DNA from: Octopus sinensis
Taxonomy: Eukaryota
Reading direction: 5' to 3'
Assembly (NCBI RefSeq): GCF_006345805.1
Contig: NC_043004.1
Coordinates: 64,852,001 to 64,916,000 of the forward strand
Length of the DNA stretch: 64,000 nt
The notes under the pieces are model-generated. The model was not told where the DNA came from. It worked only from the letters and a program-made list of their open reading frames with translations, and ran no database searches. Positions 38,647 to 53,600 of this stretch are shown here, one piece after another; positions within the stretch are counted from its first letter, which is position 1; the number at the start of each line of letters is the position of its first letter. A program made the translations under genes and the position numbers.

Positions 38647-41600
38647 AAATAAGTTCCTTTGTGGGGAATTTTAATCATTTTATAGAGTTTCGTAGTTGTG
38701 GGGAGGAATATAAGACAGTACAAGAGGGTGAGGTGGATGAGGAGAAAGTGAGAGAGAGAACATGTGTGTATGTGTATGTGTGTGTATATATATACGTATA
38801 TGTATATATATGGATATATATCTATCCTTACACACATATATATATGTATATATGTATAAGTACATGTGTACACATATTCAATGAGATCCATACACAAACA
38901 AACACACGCATACATCGACATGTATGCGTCCATACAGGTTCACTGAAGTTCATGCATGCTCACAGCTGTTTATATATGCATACATACACCCGTCCACATG
39001 CGTGCACATAAATACATGTATATACAAACACACCCAGATTCAAAATCATAGACATATGTATACATACCCCCACATGCACAGAAACAAGTACACCCATTCA
39101 CATTTCTACACACGTGCATATGTATCCTTATGCACTCGGACAAAGAGGTACTAGAAATGTATATACATGTATACATACACATACACACACATATGTGCAC
39201 AAGCATGCACACATATATATATACACACACATATACATACTTATATGTGTGTGCGTGTATGTGTATATATATGTTGATTGATTCCCAGTTTTTTATGAGT
39301 AAGTAGATAAGTTTATAGACACACACCATACTTAGAACATACAACTTAAATTGACCATCTGCCCACTACCATACAGTTCCCCAGATAATTAAGTTTTAAT
39401 TTATGACACTCACCAAAAACATCCTAAACCTTCATCACTAACCACCACGTATTTTTCTGTATCTCCTTATTCTTACCTTACTTTATCTTTATGTCCACTT
39501 TTTTATTTTTTTATCAATTGATTGGTTAAATTCGAAAAATTAAACAAACGAATTACAATTTTCTCAAGAAAGCCAAGAGAAAAAAATGTAACGAAAGATC
39601 GCCAAAAATGTTTTATTTTGACACATTCTACCAGAATACGAAGTTTTAAAGTGTTTAGTTAACTAGAAATTGTGTCGACATGTACCGTTCAAAAGGAAAA
39701 GATCCTTGACTGGTCCTTTATTTTATCGACCTCGGTAGGATTTGAACTCAGAACATATAGAGCCTGAATCAATGAGCATTTTGTGCGACGCGCTAACGAT
39801 TCTGCCAGCTCGCTGCCTTCGATCGTGTATAATAGAATGTTTCTATAACCAAAATGCGTCCATAAAAATAAACGTTGTTATAAACAAAAGTATTCAATAG
39901 GGAAACAATTATATCCGCTGTATACTTTCGTTTTAGTTTGTTTTTTCCGACATGGAAATAGGATATCACCAGAGAAACACCGGATCAACGTGAAAACTAG
40001 TCAAGACATGGAGGAAAAACTGTTACGGGCAAAGTCTGACAGAACTATATGTTGAAGTGTTCCTGCATTTTTCAATAAAACCCGAGAGAGAAAAGATTAA
40101 TTAAGATGTAGAAATGGACAAAAGGAAAGTTGACGGAATGTGGGCCGAGTTGGCCGAGGAAGGCGAAACATTCCATTGTGTATATTTAGGGGCACAAAGG
40201 AAACGTAATGGTGTTCCTACCTTCGTTGAGAGGGATAGCCAGGGGTGGAGCGCTAATTTCTGGTTAGAATTACATAAACGGAAAAAATACAAGAACAGGA
40301 ATAGACCACCGGAACCGGATGTCTTATTTGAAAGGAATTGTGGGTAATAATATATTATTTGTTATATACACACACACAACGTGCGCGTGTATTATATGTA
40401 TGGATGTGCTTATATATATATATGGTTTAAATATATATACACACATACTGACCCCCATATCATGCTGTATTGTCCCCTAAAGAGAAGGAGAGATATATAT
40501 ATATATACATACACACATACATAGAGAGAGAGACACTCAACGTGCGCGTGTATTATATAGTTAAGAAAATTAAAAGAACTCATTACGGAATGCAATTAGC
40601 ATGGTTGTAATTAGCCGACTTTCCCATCAGAACGCCCACAAAAGTCTCATTTTCTCCGTTAGGTCGGGGTTTTTCCCAATTTTGTTTTTCACCACGGCCT
40701 TCGAAATGATGAAAGGACCTTTTGAAGATTTTTATTCCTTATCCCCCACCCCGCACTTTGGATTTCTGTTTCACTTAAAATCCATGGGAGAAGCCTTTTC
40801 CATGAAAAAAGAATTTTTGAAAATTTATGATTTTTTTTCAACCCCCCTCCCCCCCCATTGTTTCTGTTTATAATTTTTAAATATTGGAGATCCTGAGGTC
40901 AGGACTGGGATTTATCCACAGTGATTTTTTAAAAATGTATATTTTTCTTACACACACACACGACTTCGCTTGGTTCGTGGTGGGGGTTAAAAATTCAAAT
41001 TTTTTATTTTTTGTTGCTTAAATCCCAGCAATGGCCTACCCGTGTGTTACCTCTGCATCATCAAACCATAAAATATATTTACAGAGAGAAAATTATTGAA
41101 AAAAAGACATGTGAGAGTGACAAAGAAAGAAGGTGGTCGAGGGTAGTGCAAGAAATCCCAGCCAAATGTCCTTTAAATCACATTTTTTCATCTGAAAATG
41201 TTTGTTTTCAATTTTTTTCCCCCTTTTACCAAAAAGGCTTCTCAAATGGTTTTTAAGTGCGTAATGCAAAACAAAATTAGCCATAATCGGTATGAAAAAG
41301 AAAATCAAATTAAAAAAATTTTTTTCATACAAAGATGCCACCCTTCATTTCCAAGACCATGGTGAAAAAATAAATAGGAAAAATCCCCATCAAAATGGCA
41401 GAAATCGAACTTATGTGAACATCCTGATCTGAAGCTCCCCTCATAATTTATACATATATGTACATGTGTGTGTTCACATACATATAATGGAAAGCATGCA
41501 ATGAGATCGATTTTTTAATAACAATAAGCAGCTTATAGCATGTAGAGGACACCTCAATACCCTGAACGTATCTGCTACCCATTAACCATTATAATATTAT

Positions 41601-41969
41601 TCCTAATTATATATAACAAGCAAAACGCCCCCCGTCCAGTGGGTGGTGCTGAGTTGTCAAACATTTAAACCAAATTTTGTCAAAACGACTTTGAGAAACA
41701 CTGATTTAATCTAAATTTGAGACACCAGCAAAAGAAGAAATAACAAGACTTTTTTTCTATTCCAAGAAAAACGATTTTACAAATGCACGTTCCCACAGCT
41801 TTATCGATCGTATTCTCACCTGGAATCAATTTTTGTAATTTTTTCAAGACTTATACACGCCCTGATACCATTGGTATCAAATTTGAGTGCAATCGGATGG
41901 ATGATGCCCGAGATCCTAGAAGACACACACACAGACAGACAGAATGGATTTTATTCAATAGATAAGCAG

Positions 41970-42501
41970 TTTCCCATGGCTCAGTGGTTAAAGTGTTGGG
42001 CTCACAATCATGAGGTAGTGAGTTTGATTCCTGGACTAGGCTGTGCGTTGTGTTATTGAGCAAGACACTTTATTTCATGTCGCTCCAGTTCACTCAGCTG
42101 GTGCCAAGCAGTATCTAGCTTTTGCCTTTCCCTTGGATAACATCAGTGGCATGGAGAGGGAAGGCTGATATGCATGGGTGACTGCCAGTCTTTCATAAAC
42201 AACCTTGCCCAAACTTGTGCCTCTAGGTGCAATCCCATGATCATTCATGATCGAAAGGAAGGGTTCTTTACCCTTTATATTTACATCTATATTGTATGTA
42301 TCATCATCACAGTTTAATGTCAATGTACCACGCTGGACAATTTGACAGGATCTGATGAGCTCAAGGACTTACTGTACTTCAGTGTCTGGTTTGGCATGGT
42401 TTCTACAGCTGAATGCACTTCCTAATGCCAAACAATATATGTAGACACAGATGCATATATATGCGTCTGTGTGCCATGCATGTGTTCAAGTACACATGCA
42501 G

Positions 42502-42541
<40 letters not shown>

Positions 42542-44815
42542 CAGGCTTCTTTTAGTTTCCGTATACCAAATCTACTCAAGGCTTTGGTCAGCCTGAGGCT
42601 ATAGAAGAAGACACTTGACTAAGGTGCCACACAAAGGGACTGAAGTCGGAACCATGCGGTTGGGTAGCAAGCTACCTACTGCAAAGCCACTCCTGCACAT
42701 ATATATTCTTTCTTTTACTTGTTCAGTCATTTGACTGTGGCCATGCTGGTACTTATTCTATCAGTCTCTTTTTGCCAAGTCACTAATGTTACAGGGACAT
42801 AAACACACCAACACGTGGTTGTCAAGCGATGGTGGTGGACAAACATACATATGTATATATACCCAACGGGCTTCTTCCAGTTTCCATCTACCAAATCAAC
42901 TTACAAGTCTTTGGTCGGCCCAAGTGGATGACACTTGCCCAAGGTGCCATATGGCGTTGGAGTGGGTTTGTGGTAAGAAGCTTGCTTACCAACCACATGG
43001 TTCTGGGTTTAGTCCCACTGCATGGCACCTTGGGCAAGTGTCTTCTACTACAGCTTCAAGCCAAGCAAAGCCTTGTGAGTGGATTTGGTAGATGGAAACT
43101 GAAAGAAGCCCATCGTATATATGTATGTATGTGTGTGTGTGTTTGTCCCCCCAACATTGCTTGACAACCAATGCAAGTGTGTTTGCGTCCCCATCATTTA
43201 GCAGTCCGGCAAAAAAGAATAAGTTCTGGGGTCTATTTGCTCAACTAGATATGGTGCCTCAGCATGGTCACAGTCAAATGACTGAAACAAATAAAAGAAT
43301 AAAAAATATAAAATGATCATAGTCATTTGTAACAACTACCTTTCCACAGTGCCATGGGCTGTACACAAATTGCTGATCTTTTATTTTGTTAACTTTCACG
43401 TGTTTCAGTTATTAAACTCAGCCATGCCGGGGCACCATATTGCAGAGTTTTTGTTGAACAAATAAACTTAGCACTTGCTTTTTTTTTTTCAGCCTAGTAC
43501 TAATTCTTTTGCCAAACTGCTAAGTTATGAGGACGTAAACACACCAACGTAAACAAACACAGACACACACACATAGATATGCATATATACATATATGACA
43601 GGCTTCTTTCAGTTTCCATCTACCAAATCCACTCACAAGGCTTTAGTCAACCCAAGGATATCATAAAAGATACTTGTTCAAGGTGCCACGCAGTGGGACT
43701 GAACTCAGAACCATGTGATTGGGAAGCAAGCTTCTCACCACACAGCCACAGGCTTCTTACAGTTTCCATCAACTGACAAGGCTTTGGTCAGTCTAGAGCT
43801 ATAAAAGAAGACACTCGCCCAAAGTGCCATGCAGTGGGACTGAATGAACCTGAAACAATGTGATTGGGAAACAAACACTTTAGGACACAATCACATTTGT
43901 GCCAAGAAAGGAACTGAAAGGGAGATAAGAGAAATAACATGGAAGAATTGTCACCAAACAATTAGTCTACCCTCATTTGAAGCAAAGATAATTTTTTGAT
44001 AAATCATGGATGTATCTTGTATATTAATCTACCCTTAGTTATCTTTATTGTTCAAATACATGCCACTAGCTTCTCAGAATTATTTATCTTAGCTCATTTT
44101 AATTTCATTTATGAAAATTACTTAAGCCATTCATGTGTTCTACCCTTTTTGTGTATATAAAAAAAAAAAGAACACCTTGATAATGCTTACCCATGAGGGG
44201 CTCTGTCCCGCGCATGAAGGATTCTCCCTCCATCCACATTTCATCCGCTGGTGATCCTGTTGAGGCTGGTGCCACATAAAAATTACCTAGTGCACTCTGT
44301 AAAGTGGTTGGCATTAGGAAGGGCATGTGGTTGTAGAAACCCTGCAAAAACAGGCTATGGAACCTGGTGCAGCTCCCAGCATTGCCAGTTTCTGTCAGGC
44401 TGTTCAACTCATGCCATATAAGAGTAGTATTTGTATATTCCTTTATTCACTTAATTTTTTACAGGTTATCAGATGTGAAGGCACATGGCTCAGTGGTTAG
44501 AGCGTCAAGCTTATGATCGTGAGGTTGTGAGCTTGAATCCAGGACTGGGCTGCGTGTTGTGTTCTTGAGCAAGGTACTTTATTTCACATTGCTCCAGTTC
44601 ACACAGCTGTAGAAATGAGTTGCGACATCACAGGTGCCAAGCTGTATCGGCCCCTTTACCTTTCCCTTGGATAACACTGGTGGTATGGAGAGGGGAGGCC
44701 GGTATGCATGGGTGACAACTGGTCTTCCATAAACAACCTTGCCTGGACATGTGCCTGGGAGGGTAACTTTCTAGGTGCAATCCCATGGTCTGTATCGTGA
44801 CCGAAGGGGTCTCTC
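41970..44815. mobile_element. Dense SINE cluster (third tRNA-derived family at about 41970-42275 and 44478-44815; several OK/OR-like copies at 42530-43900; RTE tails)
   Basis: tggctcagtggtta A-box heads with a cttgagcaag..ctttatttca core, plus repeated family matches on both strands. Confidence 0.8.
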
Positions 44816-45759
44816 AGATCAGATTGCAGTCATGCTTGGGTACCACCTTCAAAGGTTTAGGCAAGCATATCAACACAAGTAATTTTAAAGTTTGGTAAAT
44901 ATTTTATCAATGTGTATTTGTCAAACTACTATAGTTATGATACATCAACATCACTGGTTTCAAGAGGCAGAAATATAAACACGAAGTTAAATGGTGATGA
45001 TGTCATCTTTGATTTGCAAAGTTAAGGCTACTTCTTGACATAAAGGAAAAAATATAGATAACAACGTTCAAGGCAGAAGAGGAATATAGCTTTAAGAAAT
45101 GCTGTCTCCTCAAGACTTCATATTCAATACAACCTATGTGGACTTTCACACTATCTGAAGAATCAGTTGTTTCCAAAGAGAGAAAAAACAGTATTTCACC
45201 ATTTTCTCTAAACTTCTAAACTATCTAACAGTTTTCAAAATAACAATGGAATTTCAACAAGTACTACTAGTCTATATATTTAACCTGCTGCCATCTGTGT
45301 ACGAAAGACTATAACTATGGAACAAAGTAGAAGGTATAATGGTAAACATACAACACAACAGAATATTATGCATTATTTTTTAAATTTTGTTCTACAGTTA
45401 AGGTTATTTAAAGTTTTTGTTACATTTTCTAAAACAATTTTTAAATAATTTTAGTAACAGAACCTTAATGAAAAAGAGTACAAAAATAAACCAGTAAATA
45501 AAGAGATGGACAAACAACCAGATAGATTAAAACCGTGTGGTTAAGGAAAAGGGAAGTGCAATAAAGCGAACTGGTGTTGGAAGAAATTTTAATATAAATT
45601 AGTGACTACAATGGCAAAGTTATCTCAGAGAAATTCTAGGTTTGAAATCCAATTCTGACTTATTGAACAGCTTTAAAAAAATTATAACCGAGCTACAATT
45701 TCCATTGAATGTTTATCTGTTTGTACCTAGGTAACTTATTAGTATGACAATGTTCCAAC

Positions 45760-46076
<317 letters not shown>

Positions 46077-46225
46077 TCACGAAAATAGGAAAATACTTCC
46101 TTTGTTTTACTAACATATGTTTGAATAACATATTCATAAATATATATATATAGTCAATATGTGACCGCGTGTGTATCGTTGGTGATTTTCTTTCTTCATC
46201 TTCCCTTCTTTGCACTTTTTCTATA

Positions 46226-46260
46226 TCTCTGATGAAGAGCTCTGCTCGAAACATGAAATC
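46226..46260 (+). ncRNA. Degenerate minimal hammerhead motif
   Basis: CTGATGA-a-GAGC tct GCTC-GAAA-CATG-a: the core and stem II are perfect, but U16.1 and stem I are lost. Confidence 0.45.
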
Positions 46261-46339
46261 CTCTCTTTTCTTTCCTTTCCTGAGAGTCCAATAACACCAC
46301 GTCCACGCGTTGTTTTTTCTTGCTTGTTCATGTTTGGAT

Positions 46340-46390
<51 letters not shown>

Positions 46391-46811
46391 AATAAGAACA
46401 TGAATATCAATGCAATTAAGCATTCACTCAATACAGTGAATCAGAGTGGAATAAGATTTATTAAGAGCTGATGTCTTACAGTAGTTACTCAAGTGTTTCA
46501 AATTCTTCATATGGAAGATATTAACTGCAGTCGGAACTTCTAAGTAAGATTAGTCTCATCTCCTGTGGAAACTCAACAAGGTCAGATACCTGAGCCACAA
46601 TATAGGAAATAAGTTCTGTTCTATAATGGTTGATTTAATTAGGAGAGATTTACTTAGAGAAAGAAGCTGAAACTTTTTTTCAATTGTTCCTGAGAAATAT
46701 CAAACAAGGGAAAACAGGATTTGTGTTCATTGGATCAACAAACTGCTTGGTTACCATTCTCAAAAGCTTGATACAACAATTTTCTATCAGAAGTATCAGA
46801 GACATGGTTTC

Positions 46812-48782
46812 TCACTTGTGTAAACGTTTGTGGACAGATAAAGTACTTTGTTGAGAAAATGTTTTACCACAAAGATCACAGTGATAAGGTTTGTCGCCTG
46901 TGTGAATATGTCTATGATTCAATAAATGATTATTTTGAGAGAATGATTTACTGCAGATATCACAGTGATGTGGTTTCTCTCCTGTATGAACACGTTTATG
47001 TGTGTTTAAATCAGGATTAGAAACGAATGTTTTTTCACATGAATCACAATGATACAGTTTATCTCCTGTATGAAGACGTTTATGTCTCGATAAATTACAA
47101 GATCGCGAGAATGCTTTACCACATAGATCGCAGTCATGTGGTTTCTCTCCTGTGTGAATTGTTTGGTGCATAGTTAATGTAATGCTAGCACTGAATGATT
47201 TACCACAAATATCACAATGATATGGCTTCTCTCCAGTGTGAATACGTTTATGAGAATGCACAGAACTATTATTAGTGAAGGCTTTACCACATATATCACA
47301 GTGATATGGTTTTTCTCCTGTATGAATACGCTTATGTTTGGATAAAGATCCACTTACAGTGAAACTTTTACCACAAATATCACAGCAGTATGGTTTTTCA
47401 CCTGTGTGAATGCGTTTATGGGCCAATAAAGTTGAAGTATTGGAGTATGTCCCACCACAGGTATTGCAACGATAAGGTTTCTCTCCTGTATGAACACGTT
47501 TGTGTTTAGTTAAATAACCACTTACAGTGAATGATTTACCACAAATGTCACATTTATATGGTTTCTCACCTGTATGAATACGATTATGGATCGATAAATA
47601 ACTACTGTCAGAGAATGATTTACCACAAATATTGCAATGACAGGTTTTTACACCTGTGTGAGTCCGTTTGTGATTAGATAAATAATCTTTGGTAGAGAAA
47701 TTTTTACCACATATATCACAGTGATAAGGTTTTTCTCCTGAATGAAGAAGTTCATGGGTCTTTAAATTACCTCTTTGGGAGAATGCTTTACCACAAATAT
47801 CACAGTGATATCGTTTTTCCCCTGTGTGTATATATTTGTGGTTAGATAAATTTTCATTTGTAAAGAACATTTTACCACAAATATCACAGTGATACGGTTT
47901 TTCTCCTGTATGAATATGCTTATGAGCCATTAAATTAGAATTCTGTGAAAACGTCTGACCACAAATATGACAGTGGCATGGTTTCTCGCCTGTGTGAATA
48001 CATTTGTGTTTAGATAAATGGCAATTCATACTGAATGCTTTATCACAAACATCACACTTGTATGGCTTCTTATCTGTATGAGTAAATTTGTGAACTGATA
48101 ACAGACTACGACAAGTGAAAGTTTTATCACAGATATCACACTTGTATGGTCTTTCTCCTGTATGAATGCGTCTGTGTACAGTTAAGGAACTTTTAACAGA
48201 GAAAGTTTTACCACAGATGTCGCAATGATATGGCTTTTCTCCTGTGTGGACACGTTTATGTATCAATAAATAGTTATCTTTAGAGAATGCTTTACCACAA
48301 ATATCACAGTGGCATGGTTTTTGGCCAGTGTGTATAAGTTTATGTGTTATAACTGAACTACTGACAGAGAATGCATTACCACAAATATCACACTGATATG
48401 GTTTTTCGCCTGTATGAATACGTTTATGTACAGTCAAAGAAAATTTAACACTGTACTTCCGACCACATATATTACAACTGTATGGCTTCTCTCCTGTGTG
48501 ACTACATTTATGGCTCAATAAACTCTTCTTTAGAAGGAATGTTTTACCACAAATATCACAATGGTATGGTTTTTCTCTTGTATGAAAACATCTATGGTTA
48601 ATTAAATTTTCATTTGTAAAGAACTTTTCATCACAAATATCACAATCATAGAATTTGGAATCTGTATCAATAGACTGGTGTTGACTTAACATGAATGGTG
48701 TCTTTTCTGTTTGATGAGAAACACCATTGTTATCAGGATGCCTTTTATTACAGACCTGACCCTTACTCAGTTCATTTTCCAT
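46812..48782 (-). CDS. Poly-C2H2 zinc-finger protein B, 656 aa, 22 tandem fingers, paralog of ZNF A
   Basis: Uninterrupted ORF; its leader and finger order are collinear with ZNF A. Confidence 0.95.
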   Translation of the reverse strand: MENELSKGQVCNKRHPDNNGVSHQTEKTPFMLSQHQSIDTDSKFYDCDICDEKFFTNENLINHRCFHTREKPYHCDICGKTFLLKKSLLSHKCSHTGEKPYSCNICGRKYSVKFSLTVHKRIHTGEKPYQCDICGNAFSVSSSVITHKLIHTGQKPCHCDICGKAFSKDNYLLIHKRVHTGEKPYHCDICGKTFSVKSSLTVHRRIHTGERPYKCDICDKTFTCRSLLSVHKFTHTDKKPYKCDVCDKAFSMNCHLSKHKCIHTGEKPCHCHICGQTFSQNSNLMAHKHIHTGEKPYHCDICGKMFFTNENLSNHKYIHTGEKRYHCDICGKAFSQRGNLKTHELLHSGEKPYHCDICGKNFSTKDYLSNHKRTHTGVKTCHCNICGKSFSDSSYLSIHNRIHTGEKPYKCDICGKSFTVSGYLTKHKRVHTGEKPYRCNTCGGTYSNTSTLLAHKRIHTGEKPYCCDICGKSFTVSGSLSKHKRIHTGEKPYHCDICGKAFTNNSSVHSHKRIHTGEKPYHCDICGKSFSASITLTMHQTIHTGEKPHDCDLCGKAFSRSCNLSRHKRLHTGDKLYHCDSCEKTFVSNPDLNTHKRVHTGEKPHHCDICSKSFSQNNHLLNHRHIHTGDKPYHCDLCGKTFSQQSTLSVHKRLHK

Positions 48783-48964
48783 ATTCTTCGGATTTACTTC
48801 ACAAAATTGAAAAATACATTACTTCTGTAATTTTCGACAGATAAATATTTCCCCAAATATCTTCTTTTAAAATATAGGTTCTTCAAAAGTGATCTTTGTC
48901 AAACAATATTTCCTATATCCTTGGTAATATCATTGTTTAGTCTTCAAGATCTCAATGTCATCAA

Positions 48965-48982
48965 ATACCCTGAAATATATAA
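48965..48982 (-). promoter_or_regulatory. Putative splice acceptor upstream of ZNF B
   Basis: tttcag|ggtat, homologous to the site at 31739. Confidence 0.6.
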
Positions 48983-49390
48983 AGAGAGTAAAGTATAAGC
49001 AACAATACAATGCTAATATATGAAAGATGAGATTTCTGACCACAGACATTGAATGAAAAATAATAATAAATCAGACACAGAAAATATATACCCAGAGGAA
49101 AGACAGAATACTATGGATATGTGAAAGAAACTGGTACAGTTAGTGAAACAGGTAGAGGTTAACACCACTCTCTGAGATAAGAAAACATTTCTACACCTCA
49201 AAAACACAAAAATTGTACCCAAGTACAACAGTTTATTGACTGAATGATGTAAAGACTTGATGCACATAGTCTTTCTTTTTTTTTTTTTTGTGGTTATGTT
49301 CAGTCTGATTTGTTAATGACCAAATCAATTATCTGAACAAAATTCTCCTCACTTGTCTCATCCAAATTATTCAAGGACTCTGAGTGTATA

Positions 49391-49443
<53 letters not shown>

Positions 49444-49689
49444 TATATATACAAAGTCATAAATGACGGAGAAGTAGTTTGATGTAATTTTAATTAAAAA
49501 TAAAAAAATTCAAATATCCCAACAATTTGTTTCATAACTTAAAAACATGTAAATAATTTATATTATTATATTTAATAATAAATAATAAATAAATCACAAA
49601 AGCATCATTCAAAATAATGCAGAATTTAAGCTAGGTTTTGAATCCATATATTATGACAAAAACATATATATATATATATGTATATATAA

Positions 49690-50040
49690 TCATCATCGTT
49701 TAACGTCCGCTTTCCAAGCTAGTATGGGTTAGACGATTTGACTGAGGACTGGCGAACCAGATGGCTGCACCAGACTCCAATCTGATCTGGCAGAGTTTCT
49801 ACAGCTGGATGACCTTCCTAACGCCAACCACTCCGAGAGTGTAGTGGGTGCTTTTACGTGCCACTGGCACGAGGGCCAGTCCAGTGGCACTGGCAATGAC
49901 CTCGCTCGAATGTTTTTTCACATGCCACCAGCACAAGTGAGACGACACAGGTAACGATCACACTCGAATGGTGTTTTTTACATGCCATTGACACAGAGGC
50001 CAGCTTGTTGCTCTGGCAACGATCATGCTCCCAGAGCGTG
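49690..50040 (-). mobile_element. RTE 3'-end fragment
   Basis: catcatcgtttaacgtccgc tail and tandem-unit remnants. Confidence 0.8.
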
Positions 50041-50071
<31 letters not shown>

Positions 50072-50664
50072 TGTATATATAAAAATGGAACAAAAACGCA
50101 ATAGAGGACAATAAAACATTTGGTTACATAGATGATACAAAGGCAGACAAGAGAAACAACAATTAGAAGGACAGGGGAAAAAAGGGCAAGTAATTCGTGG
50201 CCTTCTTTCTTACCGTTGTCCTTACGATTTCGGACAGTTACACTTAAGACAGTTTGAATTGGTTGCCCACCAAAATGTCTAAGCTCAGAGAATTAGATTT
50301 TTCTCTAAGCAGCTAGTGAATGTGTATACCATAAAAAGATAAAAAACAGAGAACATGATACACAATTCCAAATACAACCAACAAGAATGTAACAACAGGT
50401 GTCTTTTGACTGAGAACAAATCAAATTCAGCTGGCGTGTATGAAGTGAAAGCCTAAAGGCAGGAACATAGGAGACGGACATAAGAGATGTTGGTGGCTGG
50501 CAGTCAGGCCAAGAAAGATCATGGCTGGCCAGACACCAGTCACATGGAAGGAGAGAGGGGTACAGGGCAGCAGGATTGAAGGATTAGAAAAGCCAACTCA
50601 ATTTGATTCATTCATATATATATAGGTGTGAAAGCACGTGGTTGAATATATAGAAAATAGTAAA

Positions 50665-53600
50665 AAGTAAAAAAACTACAGAAGGCTTGTTTTAAAAGGT
50701 TAAAAAATATATATTTGAGTCAATATGTCTGAAGAATGTTATAAATTTTTTTCATATAATGACATAGTTTAGAAGAAATGACCGGTTTCGCATTCAGCTT
50801 TTCAAATTTCTTAAATCGTTATGTTTACATTGAGCGGAGATCTAGATAATAAGTGATTTCTTCCGGTGTAAGGGAGATAATCGCTTAAAATTATTTGCCT
50901 TTCTTTTGGATTGAGTTTCTCTGTATAAGAATGTTGGAATGGTTAAGTTTGGGATTGTATTTTTCAATGAAGAATGTTTCCTTGTTTAGTCTAATTTGTG
51001 TTGGTGTTCCGATAGCACATTGGTGAAATGGAAAGATTAAAAATTGTGGTAGTAGTTGCTTTGCGCATTTCTCAATGTGCTCGCTAAAGGGTATCATTCT
51101 GTATTCTGGGAATGCAATCTGTTGTCGATGCAGTGTGCATCTACGTCTGAGTGATAGTCCCGTGGACCCCACGTAGTTTTGGTGGCAGCCCGAGCATTTT
51201 ATGACATAAATTATGTTTTCAGAGGCACAAGTAAAATTAGATTTGATCTTGAATTTCTGTCCCTCTTTGAAGAGGAATTCTGATCCTTCTAGCAGGTTTG
51301 GACATGTTGCACAGTTCGGTCTACCACATTTTTTTACTTTTGCATCCGTAATTTCAGAAAACAATTTTGCCTTTGTGAGAATCTTTTTAAGTGATTTAGG
51401 TTGTTTGTAGCTTTTAATGATTTGGTGTATGTTTAGAATTTCCTTTAATTTGGGGTCCTTATGAAGTATTGGTAAATTCTGAGTGATGATGGTGAAGGCT
51501 TCTTTGTTTCTGGGGTTGTATGTGGATATGTAAGGTAGTATTTTCGGGGAAGGTGTGTTGTTGTGTTGAACTTTTCTTAAAGTTTCTATGTTGATTTCTG
51601 TTGCACGTCTGATCCCATCCTCTATGAGTTGAGCTGGGTAATGTCTGTCAATTAGGGTGTTTTTGAGTTCTTGCAGTCTAAAGTTCCTGGTATTTTGTTC
51701 TGACACTATTGTGCATATCCTTCTTGCAAGGTTGAAGGGGATGTTTGTTTTAGTGTGTCTTGGGTGGCATGAATCAAAAAGAAGGTATTGTTTGGCGTCT
51801 GTGGCTTTGTAAAAAATGTCTGTTTCTATTTTAAGGTTAATTTTTTTAATTAGTATATCCAAGAATGGGAGCTCCTTTTTGTTGTATTCCATTGTGAACT
51901 GTATATTGGGTTTATGCTGTTCAACAGGTTTTTGAATTTTAGGAGTTTATCTGTGTTTTCATTCCAGAGTATAAAACAATCATTTCCAATTCTCTTTTAT
52001 GTATTGAGAGAGGGGGTTTCCAAAGATTCCTGGTAAATGATTATTTCCAGGTAGCCCATTGTTAGGTTCGCAATGACTGGTGCTGCCTTTGTACCCATAG
52101 CAATTCCGGATTTTTGACGGTAAAATGTATTGTCAAACATGAAGTGGTTATTATGTAGGATGAATTCAATTGATTTAGTAATGAATTCTTTACTGATCCT
52201 TTTTGGTATTTCTTCCGGAAATTGGTCCAGCCAGAACTGTATTGCCTCTAGTCCATAATTATGAGGTATACTGGTATATAAGTTAACTACATCAAATGAA
52301 ACCATGATTGTTTCTTCTTGGCTTTTTTTGGAAGGTGGTTTAACATATCTAAGTCATCTCTGATATGGCTATCGATATGTTTAAGGAAGGGTTTCAGGAG
52401 GATGTCCATAAATAGACTTAGTCTGTGTGTTTCACAGGTTGGGCCAGCTACAATGGGTCGTAGTTTTAGGTCCCCCGGGTTAGGTGTGTGTATGTATGTC
52501 TTTGGTGATTTTTTAATGGTTTCATTTATAATTTGGCTTTTATGAATTTTTGGCAGACCATAGAAGAGGCTAGGTTTGCATTTAAAGTTTGTTAGAAAGT
52601 CAATCTCTTTGGTTGTTAGTTCCTTTTCATGGGTTTTAATTAGTGAAGATAGAGTTTTCATTATTTTTTGTGGGGTGTAGTTGGTAATTTTTTCATAATG
52701 TAGGTCGTCATCAAGCAAGGAAATTACAAGATTTCTATAGTATGATGTATCCATTATTACAACTGCACTTCCCTTGTCTGCTTCCTTAATGGTTATATCT
52801 TCATCATTTTGAAGTTCTATCAGTTCCTTCCATTGTGCGGTGCTAAAATTTGGGTTAGCTTTCTGTTTATGTATAGTATGGTAGGGAAAGTTCTCAATGT
52901 GGCTGCAGAACTCGTCAAGATCTTTATTTCTTCCTCTGTGGGGGATGTGTTCACTTTTGTTCTTGACTAGTGATTCATCTTCAGTATTGAAACTGGTTGA
53001 TGCTTCTGCTAGTCTTAATTTTCTGCAAAATTCTGTTATATTATCCTTGATTTCATTTAGGTTGGCTCTGCGTGGAGTTGGAGTAAATTTGAGCCCTTTT
53101 GAGAGGATGTCAATTTTTATGTTAGAAAGAGGTTTGGTTGAAAGGTTGATTATCTTCGGTTTTTCCTTATTACTAGGTCCCAGCCTGTGTCCTGGTGTCT
53201 CTGGTCCCTGGCTAAAAAATGTTGGGTGTAATTTTGTTTGTATGAGTTGTCTGTGAGGTTGTGTGATATTGGGTCGGGGGAATGGTGGTATTGTTGCCCC
53301 CGATTGTTGTGTGTGTGTGGGAATCTATGGTTGTTTTTGTTTGTGGTGTGTGTAAAATTTCTGTATGGGAAATATTTTTGTTTCGAACTGCTTGTATGTG
53401 GGATGTTGCTTGACATAGTGTTTTTTTGCGTTTGTCTTGTGTTCAGTGGGGACCAGTAATTTTGGTTCATGGGGTAGTAGCGACTTATGTGTGGTGTATT
53501 TCTTATTCTAGTGTCGTTTTGTGCTGTATGGTGGTTGGGTCTGGTATTAGGATATTCTTGGTGTGTTCTGTTTTTGGTGTAATTTATTTCATAGACGCGT

